Shown piece by piece: positions 36,220-51,009 of a stretch of DNA of 64,000 nt (position 1 is the stretch's first letter; every line of letters begins with the position of its first letter). The notes beneath the pieces are model-generated. The model made no database searches and was not told the DNA's origin. It was given only the letters and a program-made list of their open reading frames with translations. The translations under genes were made by a program, and so were the position numbers. The stretch is from Eledone cirrhosa (lineage: Eukaryota), in the NCBI GenBank assembly GCA_964016885.1, contig OZ024740.1, forward strand, positions 103,230,001 to 103,294,000, written 5' to 3'.

Positions 36220-39200
36220 GGCGCCAAAAGAGAGAGCTTGGCTGCATTGCCACTATTTATATCCTCTTTCCGGAAGTTGCAAAGAGGGTTCTAGACTTTC
36301 GACGGGAAGTAACTCTAGTTACTTCCCTGTCTAGAGAGCGCTACAAGACTCCCCTCTCAGACGAGAAGTCGAATGACCAAATGAAATCATTGTAGCGAGA
36401 ACATGAGGAGCAAAACAAAAGGTACAAGAACATGAATGAATAAAACATGAGCAAGCAAATAGCAAAATGAGCATAAAACAAGTAATGCATTTTTACAAAG
36501 AATGTTTGAATGTAACGAATGATAAATCATAGTCATACAAAGGAGCAGAGAATATTGATGCTCAATGGTAAAATCAATGTTTTTCAAAGTCAAATAGTGT
36601 ACAGACTTTTCTGACACTAGTTCTATCTGAAAACTGAAAAAAGAAGAGGTATGTTAATGCATGCCACTGGGGTTTAAATGTATATTGTTTTTGAGAGTTT
36701 TTGTGGCCATTTTACTGTCCTGCCACCTCGTGTGACATAAGGTTGTGTGGTATGTGGTGTTTGCGGTGGAGGTGAAGGTGTTGGTGTAGGAGTGTATGTA
36801 CGAGGTGTATCAGGCAGTGTGATGAGACTTTCGGAGAAAGCCTTTTTTGCTCTGTCAATGGATATTGTCTCTTTTCGGCCATTGACAACCACTGTGAAAT
36901 GTTTGGGTGTGTGCGAAAGCACACGAAAAGGTCCATTATAAGGTGACGTAAGAGGTCCCTTGACGGAATCATTCCGTATGAAAATGTGTGTCCACGTAGA
37001 GATGTCCGATGGGACAGCAGAAGAAATAGACTGGTCACGAGGGTTCATCGGTGGAAGATCCGAGAAATACGAACGAATCCTGGTGACATGTGATGCTGGG
37101 TCAAGATGTGATGAAACCACTGGTGCTAACATTTGTCCAGGAAGAGACAATGTGGTACCATAAAGAAGTTCAGCAGAAGAAAAACCTAAATCTGTCTTCA
37201 TGGCCTAATGACAACCAAGAACCACGATTGGCAAAAAATCAGTCCAACGTTGCGAATCAGGAGTAGCGCAAAGTGCAGCTTTCAACTGTCTATGAAACCT
37301 CTCGATCATTCCATTGGAGGCTGGGTGATAGCTGGTCGTATGGATGTGATGAGCACCCAAGAGTCGTGATATTTCACGAAATAAGGAAGCCTCAAATTGG
37401 CATCCACGATCCGTAGTTATTTTAGTAGGAACACCGAAACGAGCAATCCAATTGGAAATGAAAGCTTGGGCAACGGACTCTGCTGTTATGTCCATGAGGG
37501 GTATGGCTTCAGGCCACCGAGAGAAACGATCGATACAAGTCAATATATATGTGAATCCACGACTAACAGGCCATGGACCAACAATATCCATGTGTATATG
37601 ACGGAAACGTGCGTCTGGCGGGCTGAATTTCCCAAGAGGAGCGCGGACATGCCGATGAATCTTAGAGCTGACACTTCAAACAAGAACGTGCCCAACCGGT
37701 GATTAAACGATGCATATTAGGCCAGAAAAATCGAGCCATAATAAGCTTCACCGTGGCAGCTATGCCAGGATGTGACAAGGAATGAAGTGCATAAAAAACG
37801 GTACACAGATAACAATCTGGAACAAGTGGTCTGGGTGAGCCAGTGGAAACATCGCAGAGAATTTTTCCTTCAGAAGGTGGAAGAGGTAAATATTCCAATT
37901 TGCAGCAGGAGAACTGGTCAGAGGAAATGTCCAGTGAATCCAAAGTAGGTTGTTCAGTTGCAATGGCAACTAAATCGATATGTGCAGGAGACGCAAGAGA
38001 ACACACAGAAAGTCGAGATAGTGTGTCTGCGGGTGTGTTGGAAGTTCCGGCTATATGACGGATGTCACTGGTATACTGTGAGATGAGATCCAGATGCCTA
38101 TACTCTCGGAGAGTACTTGTCAGACTTGGATTGTAAAGCGAACGCTAACGGTTTGTGGTCCGTGAATATCGTGAACTCCCGCCCCTCCAAAAGATGGTGG
38201 AAGTGCTTCACGGCAAGATAAATCACCAAAAGTTCTCTGTCAAAGGTGCTGTAACGTTGCTCTGCTGGTTTTAGTTGGCGTGAGAAAAACGCCAGTGGTT
38301 GAACTTGGTGATCGATTACATGATGCAAAACTGCGCCAACAGCACGATCAGATGCATCAACAGATAAGGAAAGTCTCGCATTTGCAACAGGATGGGCAAG
38401 GAAAGAAACTTTAGCTATCTCAGACTTGACGGATTTAAAAGACTGCAATGCATCGGCAGAAAGTGAAATTTTTTCATCTTTCTTTTTTGCAGCTCTTAAA
38501 AACTGTGTCAAGGGGAATAACTTGTCCGCACAGTTAGGAATAAAGTGACGATAAAAGTTAATTAATCCCAAGAAATGGCGTAATTGTTTCAAGGATGTTG
38601 GTGGTGCTAATTGCTGAATCGCTTCTACTTTAGATGGCAAAGAACGAATGCCTTCTGAATCTATAAGGTGTCCAAGGAATTCCAGTGAATCTGTACCAAA
38701 CACACATGTAGCTGGGTTGATTCTGATTTTGTACGATTGGAGACATTGAAATTACTGAGATAGATGTTGATGATGGTGTTCATCCGAATCACTGGCTATC
38801 AGGAGATCATCAATGTAAGCAAACACAAAATCCAATCCACGTGTGACTTCATCGATAAAACGCTGAAACATACTAGAAGCATTCCACAAACCAAAAGGCA
38901 TGGATAGAAATTCAAACGAACCAAAAGGGGTGGTCACAGCTGTTTTTGGTATGTCTTCCGGATGCATGGGTATTTGATGGTAAGTGCGTACCAGATCTAT
39001 TTTAGAAAATATCTTGCATCCATGCAGAGCAGATGAAAAATCCTGTAAATTTGGTAGAGGATAACGATCAGGTGTTGTGATAGCGTTAAGTCGTCTATAA
39101 TCACCCACAGGTCTAAAATCCGCTTAACCCAAATGAGCCAAATGAAGTGGGGATGCTCATAGGCTGGTGGACGGTCGTATAAGACCAAGCTGAAGCATGT

Positions 39201-40160
39201 GATTGAACTCATCCCTGGCTTTTTTTAGCCTGTCTCGAGCCAGCCTACGTGGCCGAGAAAAAACAGGCGGAGCAGTTGTTGTAATAAAATGTTGAGTCGA
39301 GTGGATTACTTGGTTCGGTTTAAATGAAATGTCAGTTAACTCAGGAAACGAGGCAAGAAGATAATGAAACTGGTTTCCAGAGGCAGCTATGAAACACACG
39401 GGACTTATGGTGGCAACAGTAGAACCACGAGCAGGCATAGATAAAGATGTGGTGCCATCCACAAGTTTGTGTTTCCTGACATCTACTAATAGTGAGTAGT
39501 GGTGTAAAAAATTTGCACTGAAATAGGGTGGGGTAGGTCCGCTACAACAAAAATCCCTTTGAAATCCCGACGCAAAGCTAGGTCCAATGATAGAGATATT
39601 TGACCATAAGTTTTTATAGGAGACTGGTTTACTGCATACAAGGAAATACCGGAAAAATTTGGCTTGGTAGAGGTGAAACGAAGGTGCCAAATACTGCAGC
39701 TAGATCCTGTGTCGACCATAAACGATTTGTTTGAATTTCGATCTTTTATGAAAAAGGCACGATAAGGAGAATTAATGGGGGAGAGACCTGCCGTGCCCAG
39801 ATTCTCCAGGTTTAGTTTTCCGAAGTCCCAAAAGAGCAGGGTTGAATACAATGATTCGCCTTTTCACAAAAACGCATGTGATACCAACATAAAGATGAGT
39901 TGTTGGCGGGGGTTTTGGCGCGATGATGAAAAGAAGGAGAACGACTTCATGGACGCCATCTGGAATGTGTTCTATCCCGACCCAGTTTAGTCACTTGACG
40001 AGTTAGCGCATCAATGGCTCTCAATATAGAGTCCTTACGAGGTAGAACAGGCTGTGCTTTAAAAGTAGAAGAATTGCTCATCATGAATGTAGTAGCCGCC
40101 AGGTGAAATGTTTTCTTTTTTAACTGCCGCACATGTGGTTTAACTTCTGCGAATCAGCCA
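36220..40160 (-). mobile_element. Degenerate Ty3/Gypsy LTR retrotransposon (PR-RT-RH-IN) with partial 3' LTR
   Basis: VDTGSS protease, YIDDLL RT, VDASD/FTDHKPL RNase H, integrase TDRG...NGMIERFH and GPF motifs; PPT gagaggggag followed by TGTAG LTR start at 36345. Confidence 0.93.
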
Positions 40161-40287
40161 ATGACAATACATTTGAAAGAAAATTAGTTGTATTTTCAAA
40201 AATATATACGCATGTGGTGGTAACATGAATAGTTGAAGTGATGTAACATGGAGGAAGAAAAATGGCGAATACAAAATGAGAGCACTA

Positions 40288-40797
40288 CACGTATGAAGGA
40301 TGACAGCTACATAAAAAGGTGCAGAGCACTAGAGGTCGATGGTAGCCATGGAGTGGGGAGACCCAAGAAGATCTGGGATGAGGTGATAAAAGCCGACCTT
40401 ACCTAATTGCACCTCTCAAAGGCGATGACACAGGACCATGACCTCTGTCATGCAGTAATACAGAAGACCCGACTTCCCACGGGTACAAGCTGAAGCTGAA
40501 GCATATAGACAATATGCCCCCCCACCCACTACAAAGTGGTCGTGGAGGTGCCATGGCAAAAAAGCACCCAGCCCACACTGTAAAGTGGATGTGTAGGCAC
40601 CACGGAAAAAAAAGCACCCAGCACTCACTGTAAATGAGGTTGGTGTTAGGAAGGGCATCCAGCTGTAGAAATCAGGCCAGAATCAGTTCCCGTATGACCA
40701 AGACAAGGTCAGCCAAGTGGACACTGCCCACAACAGGACAACCCCTCTAACCCATGCTAGCGTGGAAAGAATGGATGTAAAATGATGATGATGATAA
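40288..40797 (+). mobile_element. RTE LINE 3' end (probable continuation of the 35232 copy)
   Basis: RMKDDS...GRPKK; 3' UTR; (GAT)n tail. Confidence 0.85.
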
Positions 40798-41386
40798 CTG
40801 TAATAGTAGTTACACTAATAATTAATAATAATTAACATTTGTAACTATACTAATAGTAATTAATCACACTGTTAACTACACCAAAAATTAAATTATGTTA
40901 ACCATACAAAAATTAACAACAATGTTAATCAACAATGGGAAAGTAAAATAAATGGACCTCCATCAGTTTCAACAATGAGTGTTCCAGTTGTTTCATAGGA
41001 TCACCTTCTCATGAAATTAACCTGTAAATGTGTGAGTATTCCACTGACATGTTTACCCTTAGCATCATTCTTAAGATGTATTAGTCTGACACATTCTTTG
41101 GCAAAGCTAGCATTTTAAATTACAAATACAGTCCATTTGACAGGTTTGTAAACAGTTTTCATCTACCCTGTTTCACTGAGAAGATTTGGATCAACCCAGG
41201 GCTAGAGTAAAAGGTGCCTACGCAAGATGCCCTGTAGTAAGATTGAACCTGGTACCTCATGACTGTGGAGTAAACTTCTTCATCATTCAACAATACCTAT
41301 GTCCGCAATCAATAATTAATAATGTTGTTAATGAATCATTAAGAATGGTGTTGACTAACACCTGTGAAATCAACCCTATTCCTTAC

Positions 41387-41472
41387 CTGTCCTTCAGTTT
41401 TAGTCAGTCTGATGTTGTCTTCAGCTGATTGAATTTCATGCCATTTACAGTCGTAGTATTTGTAAGTTTTAC
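41387..41472 (-). CDS. ZMYND10: ZMYND10 exon
   Basis: atcag acceptor and gtaagg donor; (G)KTYKYYDCKWHEIQSAEDNIRLTKTEGQ (86 nt). Confidence 0.9.
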
Positions 41473-43398
41473 CTGATAAAGAACAATTTCAGGACACAAC
41501 CCTGTCAATATATCAACTCAATAGTAAACAGTTTTATATACTTCTCAATATTTCATTCCAGTATTAAACTCAGTATATACATTTATATGTATATCATATG
41601 TATGCATGTATGTGTGTATGTATGTATGTATGCATGTGTGTGTGTGTGCGCATCTGTATGTGTGAGTATGTATGTTTTCATATATAGGTGTGTGTGTGTA
41701 TTTCATTCCTATATTAAACTGGCTGAACACCCTCAAGTATTTAACTGGCTATACACCATTCAATATTTTATTTATATATAACTCTCAGTATAGACTGGAT
41801 ATATAGAGTTCAAATATGTATTTGCTTGAAAAGTATTATAGCACATGCATATAAAGACATATAAATCCCTCTCCTGTGGTACATTGTGAGTAGGTATCAA
41901 ATGGGAGTACAAAAGTAAAATCATCATCATCATTTTAACGTCCGCTTCCCTGCTAGCAAGGGTTGGATGGGTCTACCTAGACCAAGTCAGTACTGAAGTG
42001 CTGGCTACTGATCTCCGAGGCAAGCCAGGGATCTGTCATCTCATTTGCATATGATCTGACATTCTACTGAGTGCACAAGATGGGTTGTTATGTCTTTGAC
42101 ATGACTGAAGGGTCTTCCCAGCCCTTTGTTTAGCAAGCTTTCTATGGCTGGATGCCCTTCCTATCAACAACCACTTTACAGCATGTACTGGGTCTGTGTA
42201 GATCACCAACACTAGGGAAGCTGTCATATCCTTGACATGACTGAAGGGTCCTCCCAACCCTTTGTTTGGCAAGCTTTCTAAGGCTGGATGTTGTCCCTAT
42301 CTTCTAGGTGCATTTATCATGTAGATCACCAAACACTACCTACTATGTAAATATATACTAGGCAGAGACAAAGTCTGCCTAATTGTAAATAGGTAACATG
42401 TGAAAATATGTACCATATGTAGGTATAGTCCAAATACCTTTTATTATAACAGAGGTGTATATGAAGGCATATACAATATGTTCATGTATAACAATAGCTT
42501 ATTCTTGTCTCAGTACTAAAAGAGTAAACGGCTTGATGAAGGATTAAAAAATTCTGGAACTTTAGTGTCTGGGGTTCTCACATTGCTATCAAGATAGCTG
42601 TGACATGATCACTGCTTAAAACATTCTTAGTGAAACTTATATATATTTATTATACACTGTATGAAGTGATTGAAAGGGTTAGTGTCAGGAGAACACCTAT
42701 CTGTAAAACATTGTTTCAAAATATCATGTCCAACCCATGCCAGCCTGGGGACATATATTGATGATGATGAAATATATCATATATGTCCTCATGTACACCT
42801 CTATTAGGAATCATGCTGTGTTAGTGCTAATGCTAATTAATCCCAAGCAATCAGGCCTGAACAATACGCAAAGAGTATATGGGATATAGTTTATTCACTC
42901 ACCCATACACTCACATAGGTGCGTGCACACACACATACACACACACACATCATATGTTCTTGTGTCTATGTCACACAATTTTTTTTCCATGGAACAATAA
43001 TGACAAACCCACCAGTGTAACTTATCAACTGAATCTACAAGATCAGATATTTACTTTAAATGGTTCCCCAAAAATGTTTAACATTACTTTCAATACCTAG
43101 CAGTCCATGAAATATTGTTTTTATTGTTAAAAAATCGCCTGTAACCAATACCAGTTTTATGATACAAAACTGTTTATTTTAAGCACATATTTTTATCTAA
43201 AAGAAATCCTTCCATCATAATTTTTATGTAAGAACCTTTGTTAAGTTACGTTCCAAACACCAGATAATAATGGCAAAGTTAGTTAGATTACCAAATCCCT
43301 CCCATTTTGTTTTTATTAATTTCAAAATGATTTGAAAATTACAGGCAGTGCATTTCATTAGAAATATAGTTAACCCTTTCATTATCATGTAACTAATG

Positions 43399-43584
43399 GC
43401 GGTGGATTGGCAGTATCGGTAGAGGTTCGGACGCCATGCTTTGACGCATAGAGTTACGGCCCTTGCCATTCTGAGTTCAAATCCCGCCGAGGTTAACTTT
43501 GCCTTTCATCCTTACGGGGTCGATAAAATAAAGTACCAGTAATGTACTGGGTAATTTTCTGGCCTTGTGCCAATAGTAGAAACA
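43399..43584 (+). mobile_element. Young tRNA-derived SINE with 18-bp TSD
   Basis: attatcatgtaactaatg at 43381-43398 and 43585-43602. Confidence 0.93.
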
Positions 43585-45094
43585 ATTATCATGTAACTAA
43601 TGAAAGACATTGTTTACAATTTTCAAATAATTTTGAAAATAATCGAGAATTTAGTAATATAACTAACTTTTCCATTAATAAGTTGGTCCTTGGTGCATAA
43701 TTTAACAAAGGCTCTCAAATAAAATTATGATGGAAGGTTATTTAGATAAAAATATGCACTATATCACAAAATCAGGGGTGGTTTCAAGTAGCTTGGTATT
43801 GAAAGAATTAACACAGTAATAGCACACTTTAATCATTCATTTACTAACCAATAACCAAAATATAAAATCATTTCTAAATCTTATAATTTACTGTAGGTAA
43901 ACTAACACTTTCAGTCTCATATTGACAAGATGGGAAAGAAGTTAAATATTATTGTCATTTATTAATAATTGTAAGGGTTGGGAGGATCTTTTAGTTATGT
44001 CAAGGACATGACACTCTCCCTAGAGCTGGTGATCTACACAATAAAAGCACCCAGTACACGCTGTAAAGTGGTTGGTGTTGGGAAGAGCATCCATCCATAG
44101 AAAGGAGGATCCTTCAGTTTGTGTCAAAAGACATAACAACTTCTCTTCTGCATTCAATAATGACCATATGTAAGCAGGATACAGACCACTTCAGCCTGTC
44201 TGGGAGGTCAGTAGCTACCGCTTCAGTACTGATACGGTCTATGTAGACCCATCCAACCCTTGCTAGCAGGGAAAGCAGACGTTAAATGATGATGATAATA
44301 ATGACCCATACAGAAGTAGACCAGACCATCACACTGTATTATCTCTATATTCTTCATATCTAATTTGCTCCCCTTCATAAGCTTCCAAACATGTTTTATA
44401 TCAGAAAATGTTTTTGATATATTCAAAATCCAAATATTATGGTGCCTATATGCCAGGATCAAGGCTAACTTTTCCTTTCATCCATTCAAGGTCAGTAAAA
44501 ACAATACCAGTCAAGTAATGGGGTTGATTTTTCCTCTGAATCTCTCTCTCACACCCTCTCTATACTTCTCAGGAAGAAATCTGCTGTATTCAGATATGAA
44601 GAAGAGATGGGTTCTGCCAGGTTTTAAAATGCCCTAAGAAACACTGTATGTTGATATGGCACCCTTTCGACTCTTTCAGAAGTTACAGATCCATACCATA
44701 CCATATGCCAGGATAGTCAGAGTGTATTACTTGTGTTATTGCTTGCAACTAAATTTGATAAACTGTGTTGTTACATGTGATTAAATAAATTTTTAACATT
44801 TATTGTCCAATTCACATTGTAGTAGCTTTCAAACAAAACCCTATTTTCTCAATTGAAATATCTTTTGAAACATACAAATACATTTTAAACTGATTACCCT
44901 TGCTGGTTTAAAACTTATATAATTAAATATGCTTACAGGTCATCAGTGATTGTCCTTCACAGTCTTTTCATTAGACAGATTTTTTCAAAATGCTGATTCA
45001 AGCCCTTAGAATTAGATCTTGTTGCTGAGAACACTTCCCAGTATTGAATTCAAAGACAAGACCCACATTTTGGAGGTACAAATGTATTAATAAT

Positions 45095-45281
45095 TGTTTC
45101 TACTTTAGGCACAAGGCCAGCAATTACCCAGTACATTACTGGTACTTTATTTTATCGACCCCGTAAGGATAAAAAGCAAAGTTAACCTTGGCGAGATTTG
45201 AACTCAGAATGGCAAGGGTCGTAACTCTATGAGTCAAAGCATGGCGTTCGACCCTCTACCAATACTGCCAATTCACCGCCC
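45095..45281 (-). mobile_element. tRNA-derived SINE with 13-bp TSD, at the tail of an older SINE (~45297-45493)
   Basis: atgtattaataat at 45082-45094 and 45282-45294. Confidence 0.92.
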
Positions 45282-45538
45282 ATGTATTAATAATGATTTT
45301 TAATTTAAGGACAAGGCCAGGATGGAAAAGTTGGTTTAATCCACTCCAGTACTTTACAGGTACTTTATTTTATTGAGCCTAGAAGAATGAAAGACAAAGT
45401 TGACTTCAGCAGGATTTGAACTCAGAATGTAAAGGGTTGTAACCAAATGCTACAAAGCACTTTGTCATCCAACAATTCTGCCAGTCCACCACCCTCAAAA
45501 CTGTGTTAATAATAAAGTTCAATAATTAATATAAAAAC

Positions 45539-45639
45539 CTTTAATGCATTGAGTCCATGGAGGGTTTTCCAACAACTCTACAAGAAGAATTGGTAAATCA
45601 TGAGTGTTGAGTATACGGGTGAGAACACTTAATGAGATT
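45539..45639 (-). CDS. ZMYND10: ZMYND10 exon (most 5' exon found in the window)
   Basis: ccacag acceptor and gttttt donor; ISLSVLTRILNTHDLPILLVELLENPPWTQCIK (101 nt). Confidence 0.93.
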
Positions 45640-46165
45640 CTGTGGAGAAAAAGGATAAAATAAATATATATATAAATAAGTAAATATATTAATAAATGAA
45701 TAAATTAGTTAATTAATATCAAAATTAACCCTGGGAACATTTGAACCAAAAACTAAAGAAACATTATTAAATACACAAAGTAATCAGTTTGACGATTTAC
45801 TGCATTTAGCATTGGAAAGCTTGAGTCTTTACTGAATGGAACATTACAAAACATAGACACTAAAGATAGATTGAAAATAAAATACAAAACTAGGGGAAAA
45901 GAGCTAAATGTTATTATAGAGGAACTGACGCAATGCATAGTAGCAAAAAGCGCAAAGATTAGGCAGTATGAGAACAGAGTTAGTCAGTATAGGCAGAACC
46001 GCATGTTTAACAACAACCAGAAGATGTTATTTGAACAGCTTGAATGGAAAGAAAGAGGTAACAAGGTGATCCCTGAAGCTGAACAGACTAAGGCATTCTG
46101 GAGAGGAATATGGGAACAGGATGTTGAACATAATAGTCAGGCAATGTGGATTGAGACAGTTAAAA

Positions 46166-46941
46166 AGGCTGCAAAAGGCTTCTCCCTCAGAATGAAAGGC
46201 AGACTGTATGATGCGTGTATCCGAACAGCGATGTTGCATGGTAGTGAGACCTGGGCGCTGAAGGTGGAAGACTTACGTAGATTAGAGAGAAACGAAGCCT
46301 GCATGCTCCGATGGATGTGTAACAGTAATATACGTGAACGACAAAGCATAAATGAATTGAGAGAGAGACTGAGCATAAGAGGAATCAAATGCTGCGTGCA
46401 GGAGAGGCGGTTACGCTGGTATGGACATGTGATGCGTATGAAGGATGACAGCTGCATAAAAAGGTGCAGAGCACTAGAAGTTGATGGAAACCGCGGAGTG
46501 GGGAGACCCAAGATGACTTGGGATGAGGTGATAAAAGCCGACCTTACCCAACTACACCTCTCAAAGTCAATGACACACGACCGTGACTTCTGGCGTCACG
46601 CAGTAATACAGGGTACCCGACCTCCCATGGGTACATGCTGAAGCATATAAACAATATGCCCCCCCCCCCCACCGCAAGGTGGTCGTGGAGGTGCCACGGC
46701 AAAAAAGCACCCAGCCCACACTGTAAAGTGGACGTGTAGGCGCCACGAAAAAGCACCCAGCACTCACTGTAAATGAGGTTGGTGTTAGGAAGGGCATCCA
46801 GCTGTAGAAATCAAGCCAGATCAGTTCCTGTATGAGCAAGGCATGGTCAGCCGACCAGACACTGCCCACAACAGGACAACCCGTCTAACCCATGCTAGCG
46901 TGGAAGAACGGACGTAAAACGGTGATGATGATGATGATGAT
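46166..46941 (+). mobile_element. 5'-truncated RTE LINE inserted in Dong
   Basis: AAKGFSLRMKGRLY...; 3' UTR; (GAT)n tail. Confidence 0.92.
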
Positions 46942-47537
46942 TAATGAACAAGTACACCAACAACCTGATTTGAGTATCACATGTCTGTCTGTAAAGTGAA
47001 AACTGTTAACAAGCATTGTGTTTGAGGAAATCTACCATCACCTCCACATAAACAACTTGTTACCAGACAAACAGAAAGGATGCCGAAAGAAGTCCCCTGG
47101 TACAAAAGTTACTTATTGATAAGATGGTAATCAGGAGTTGCAAGAGGAGGCATACTGGTCTTGCCATGGGATGGATAGATTACAAGAAGGCATTCGACAT
47201 GGTTCCTCATTCTTGGATAACCAAAAGCCTAGAGATCTTCAACGTGGCAGACAGACATCAGACAGCTATTAAGTATAAGTATGAATTCCTGGGAAACAGA
47301 GCTAACATCAGGTGGAGAATCCTTGGGAGGCATGAAGATCAAGAGAGGTATCTTTGTTTGTCCTTACCCTCATACCCTTGTGCCTCATATTGCAAAAAGT
47401 GAAAGCAGGATACAAGCTGGGAAGAGGAGTGCTTACCATCAACCACCTCCTCTTCATGGACGATCTAAAACTCTTTGGGAAATGTGAGAAGGAGTTGGAT
47501 GTACTTGTTAACACTGTCCGTATTTTCAGCAATGATA

Positions 47538-50500
47538 TCATCATCATTGTCATCATTTTACGTCCACTCTTCCCTGCTTGCAAGGGTGGGACGGGTCTTA
47601 TTCAGCACAGCATCTCTCCACTTGTCACGGTCCTTCGTCATCTCCACCGTGAGCTTCAGCGATCTGAGGTCTGTTCTCACCACCTCTTCCCATGTTTTTC
47701 ATGGTCTACCTCTACAACGTCTTCCTTCAACTGGCATTTCCTGGCACTTCTTCACCCATCGGTCATCCTCCATGCGCTTCACATGTCCATACCACCTTAA
47801 TCTCCTCTCTCGCACACTACATTCTATCCCTCTCAGACACAGTTTCTCTCTCAACACATTCATGCTGGGTCGTTCACACACATTGACACTGCACATCCAA
47901 CGGAGCATGCTTGCCTCATTTCTCTCCAGCCGTCGCATATTCTCTGCAGTTGCTGCCCATGTCTCACTACCATGCAGCATCGCGCTCCGCACACAGGCAT
48001 CATAATAACCGGCCTTTCGTACGCAGGGAGAAACCCTTCTTCGTCAGCAGAAGAAGCAGCTCCCTAAACTTCTTCCAACCCGTTCTTATTCTAGATACTA
48101 TGGCCTCGGAACACCCCCCCTCCCATGCTAATCTGATCTCCTAGGTACCGGAAGCTATCCACCACTTCTATAGCACCCACCTGCATTTGAAAAATGTGTC
48201 TATCAATGCGACTTCTACTGTCTACGTATTTCCCTGTACATCTACTGCATACATATTTCTCCCTACCTGTTAGTTTGCCTGCTATCCCACTACATCTCTG
48301 GTGTACCCAGGATCTGCATTGTGTGCATTTTATAGAATTTATGCCAGTTCCTTTTCTGCATATCAAACATAGCCATTTCCCTGACAGAATCAGAGTTTTG
48401 TCCTCTTTTCTACTCATCAACACTTTTGTCTTAGCTAGGTTCACTCTCAGTCCTCTTGCTTCCAACTGCTGTTTCCATAGCCAGAATTTATTCTCTAGCT
48501 CCTCTACTGATTCTGCTATAAGAACCAGATCGTCAGCATAGAGAAGTTCCCATGGACAGCCAGTCTTAAACTCCTCTGTTATGGCTTGGAGGACTATAAT
48601 GAACAAGAGCGGGCTGAGGACCGAACCTTGATGTACTCCTACTTGTATCTGGAATTCCTCACTAAACTCCATTCCTACCATGACTTTACTGACAGTACCT
48701 CTGTACAAAGTTTGCACTGTCCTCACAAGCCATTCCTCAACACCTAGTTTCCTTAGGTACCACCAGATGACAGATCGGGGTACCCTATCAAAGGCTTTCT
48801 CTAGGTCAACAAAGGCTAAGTATAGTGGCTTATTTTTCTCTAAGAACCTCTCTTGTAATTGTCCAAGAAGAGGGCATCTGTTGTACTCTTCCCAGGCACA
48901 AAACCAAACTGCATCTCATCTAGTTTGACCCTTTCTCTAATTAGTTGTGTTAATATCCTTTCTGCCACTTTCACAACCTGATCCATCAGTTTTATACCCC
49001 TATAATTGCTCCTCTCCAGAGCATCCCCTTTACCTTTGTAGCAATTTATGAGAATACTGCTGCACCAGTCTTTGGGTATGACACCACCATATATAGCCTG
49101 ATTGATGATGCGTGCAACAAGTTTAGTACCTACGTCCCCTGATGCCTTCAGCATCTCAGCAACTATCCCCGATGGTCCAGCAGCCTTACCATTTTTCATT
49201 TCCTTAATCGCCTCTTGGACCCTATATTCGTCAATCTCAATAGCTGGTCCCTCTGTCGGATCTACTGAGGGTAATTTCTCTCTCTCCCATTCATTCTCCA
49301 CATTCATCAGTCTCTCATAATGACATTTCCAGACCTCCTTTTTCTGATCATTCCGGACACATTTATCTCCAATATCCTGATTTGCATTGACACACTGCCT
49401 TGCAATGTGGAACACTGCACGCCTCTGATCTTCCCGTCGCAGAACATTGGCAAACCTCCTACTCTCAGCCTCCCTGCGTGCTAACTACACCTGACTTCTA
49501 GCTTCTCTCTTAGCGGCTGTATATCCTTCCCTACTCCCACCCTTTTTCCAAGCCTTCCATGCTAGTCTTTTGTCTCTAATGGCCTTATCTACTGTGCTGT
49601 TCCACCACCAGGTCACTCTCTGTCTGGTTGGAGCTCTGCTCCAGCCACAAGTTTCATTAGTAGCCTGCAGTAAGTTGTCACGTAAGAAATTCCAGTTATT
49701 ATCTATGTCATACGTCTCTAAATCATCTTCTTTTTCGTCATACACATCTTGAAGGACTTTCCTAAATTTGTATTTTAGTGAAAGGTCTTTTAGCTTCCAG
49801 ACCTTTCTTCTCCACACCTTCCTTTATGTCTCATTCCGTCTCTTGCTTACTGAGATATCACTAATGACTAACCTATGCTTTGGGGTACATTCTTCCCCAA
49901 GGTATGCCTTGGTATTAGACACTATCTGCCTGTCCCGCTGCCTAAATAGTAAGAAGTCAATCTGGCTTATGTGCTCGCCAGATTTGTAGGTTATTAGGTG
50001 GTTGGCAGGTTTCTAGAAGTTAGTGTTGCAAATAGTCAGTGTACTTGCATCACAAAATTCAAGAAGTCTCACTCCTTCTTCATTTCTTGAGCCGTAACCG
50101 TGCCCACCATGTACCCCAGTGTAACCATCCTGGAGCTGTCCAATATGACCATTGAAGTCCCCTGCTAGTATAACGATGTCTGCGTCTTCTCTCATTGCGG
50201 TTGTTTGTAAAAGTTGCTCGTAAAAGTAGTCTTTCTCTTCTTTGCCTAGGCCTGCTTGGGGAGCATAGGCAGAGATGATTGTCAGTAGTCTCCTGCCTAC
50301 AACTAATCTAAGCTTAATTATTCGATTACTAACTCGAACTACCTCTATTATTTTATTGATCCATCTCTCAGCCAGGAAAATGCCTACTTCCCCTAACCCA
50401 TCATCCTTACCTACCCAGAAAAGCTTATAGCTAAGATGTTTGCCTACGACTAGTCTCACAGAGGCACCTCTCCATCCCACCTCTTGCACACAGCACACAT

Positions 50501-50590
50501 CCACATGCCTTCTCTCCAGCATCTCCGCTATTTCATAGATCTATCTCTGAGAGTGCCAACATTAAGTGTTGCAACTCTGAGATGCGACAT
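47538..50590 (-). mobile_element. Near-full-length RTE LINE of a divergent subfamily (APE, RT, zinc finger), frameshifted
   Basis: CCVQE, YAPQ, GDFNGH, KAAGPSG, HQGSVLSP, LLYADDL, HGSETW; short 3' UTR with (GAT)n. Confidence 0.93.
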
Positions 50591-51009
50591 CTTCATATTT
50601 TGTTGTTGTTCCTATCTATTTATTGCTGTTGATAAGCGTTTTGGCATTAATACACTGGTTGGATGCCCTTCCTAACACCAGTGCCACTTTACAGCATGGA
50701 CTGGGTGCCACCAGCACTAGAGAGGATGTCTTACAAGACTCAAGGGCCCTCTCTACCCCTCCATTTTACAGCATGGTCATAAAAAAATTTTTTTTTTAAA
50801 TCCACTTATTGACACGACACGCACACACACACACTCACACACCAACACTCATGCATACAAACACACACACCACTCACACACACATACATATATATATATA
50901 TATTACCGTCAGTACTGATACAAAATCAAAATCATAATCATAATCATGTCAACTGTTGACTTTTCCCAGTCCAGTTCAGTTTTTATATAATAATAATTGT
51001 TTGCTTTAC

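Noticed and set aside
42530-42572. Possible further hammerhead (ttgatgaagga...ttctggaac)
   Set aside because: Both core segments deviate from CUGANGA/GAAA and no convincing stem I
43399-43500. tRNA gene
   Set aside because: A/B boxes belong to a SINE head with TSD and tail; no cloverleaf
45871-46641. 256-aa ORF as a novel fusion gene
   Set aside because: Chance in-frame junction of a Dong fragment and an inserted truncated RTE; TTG start and no complete domain
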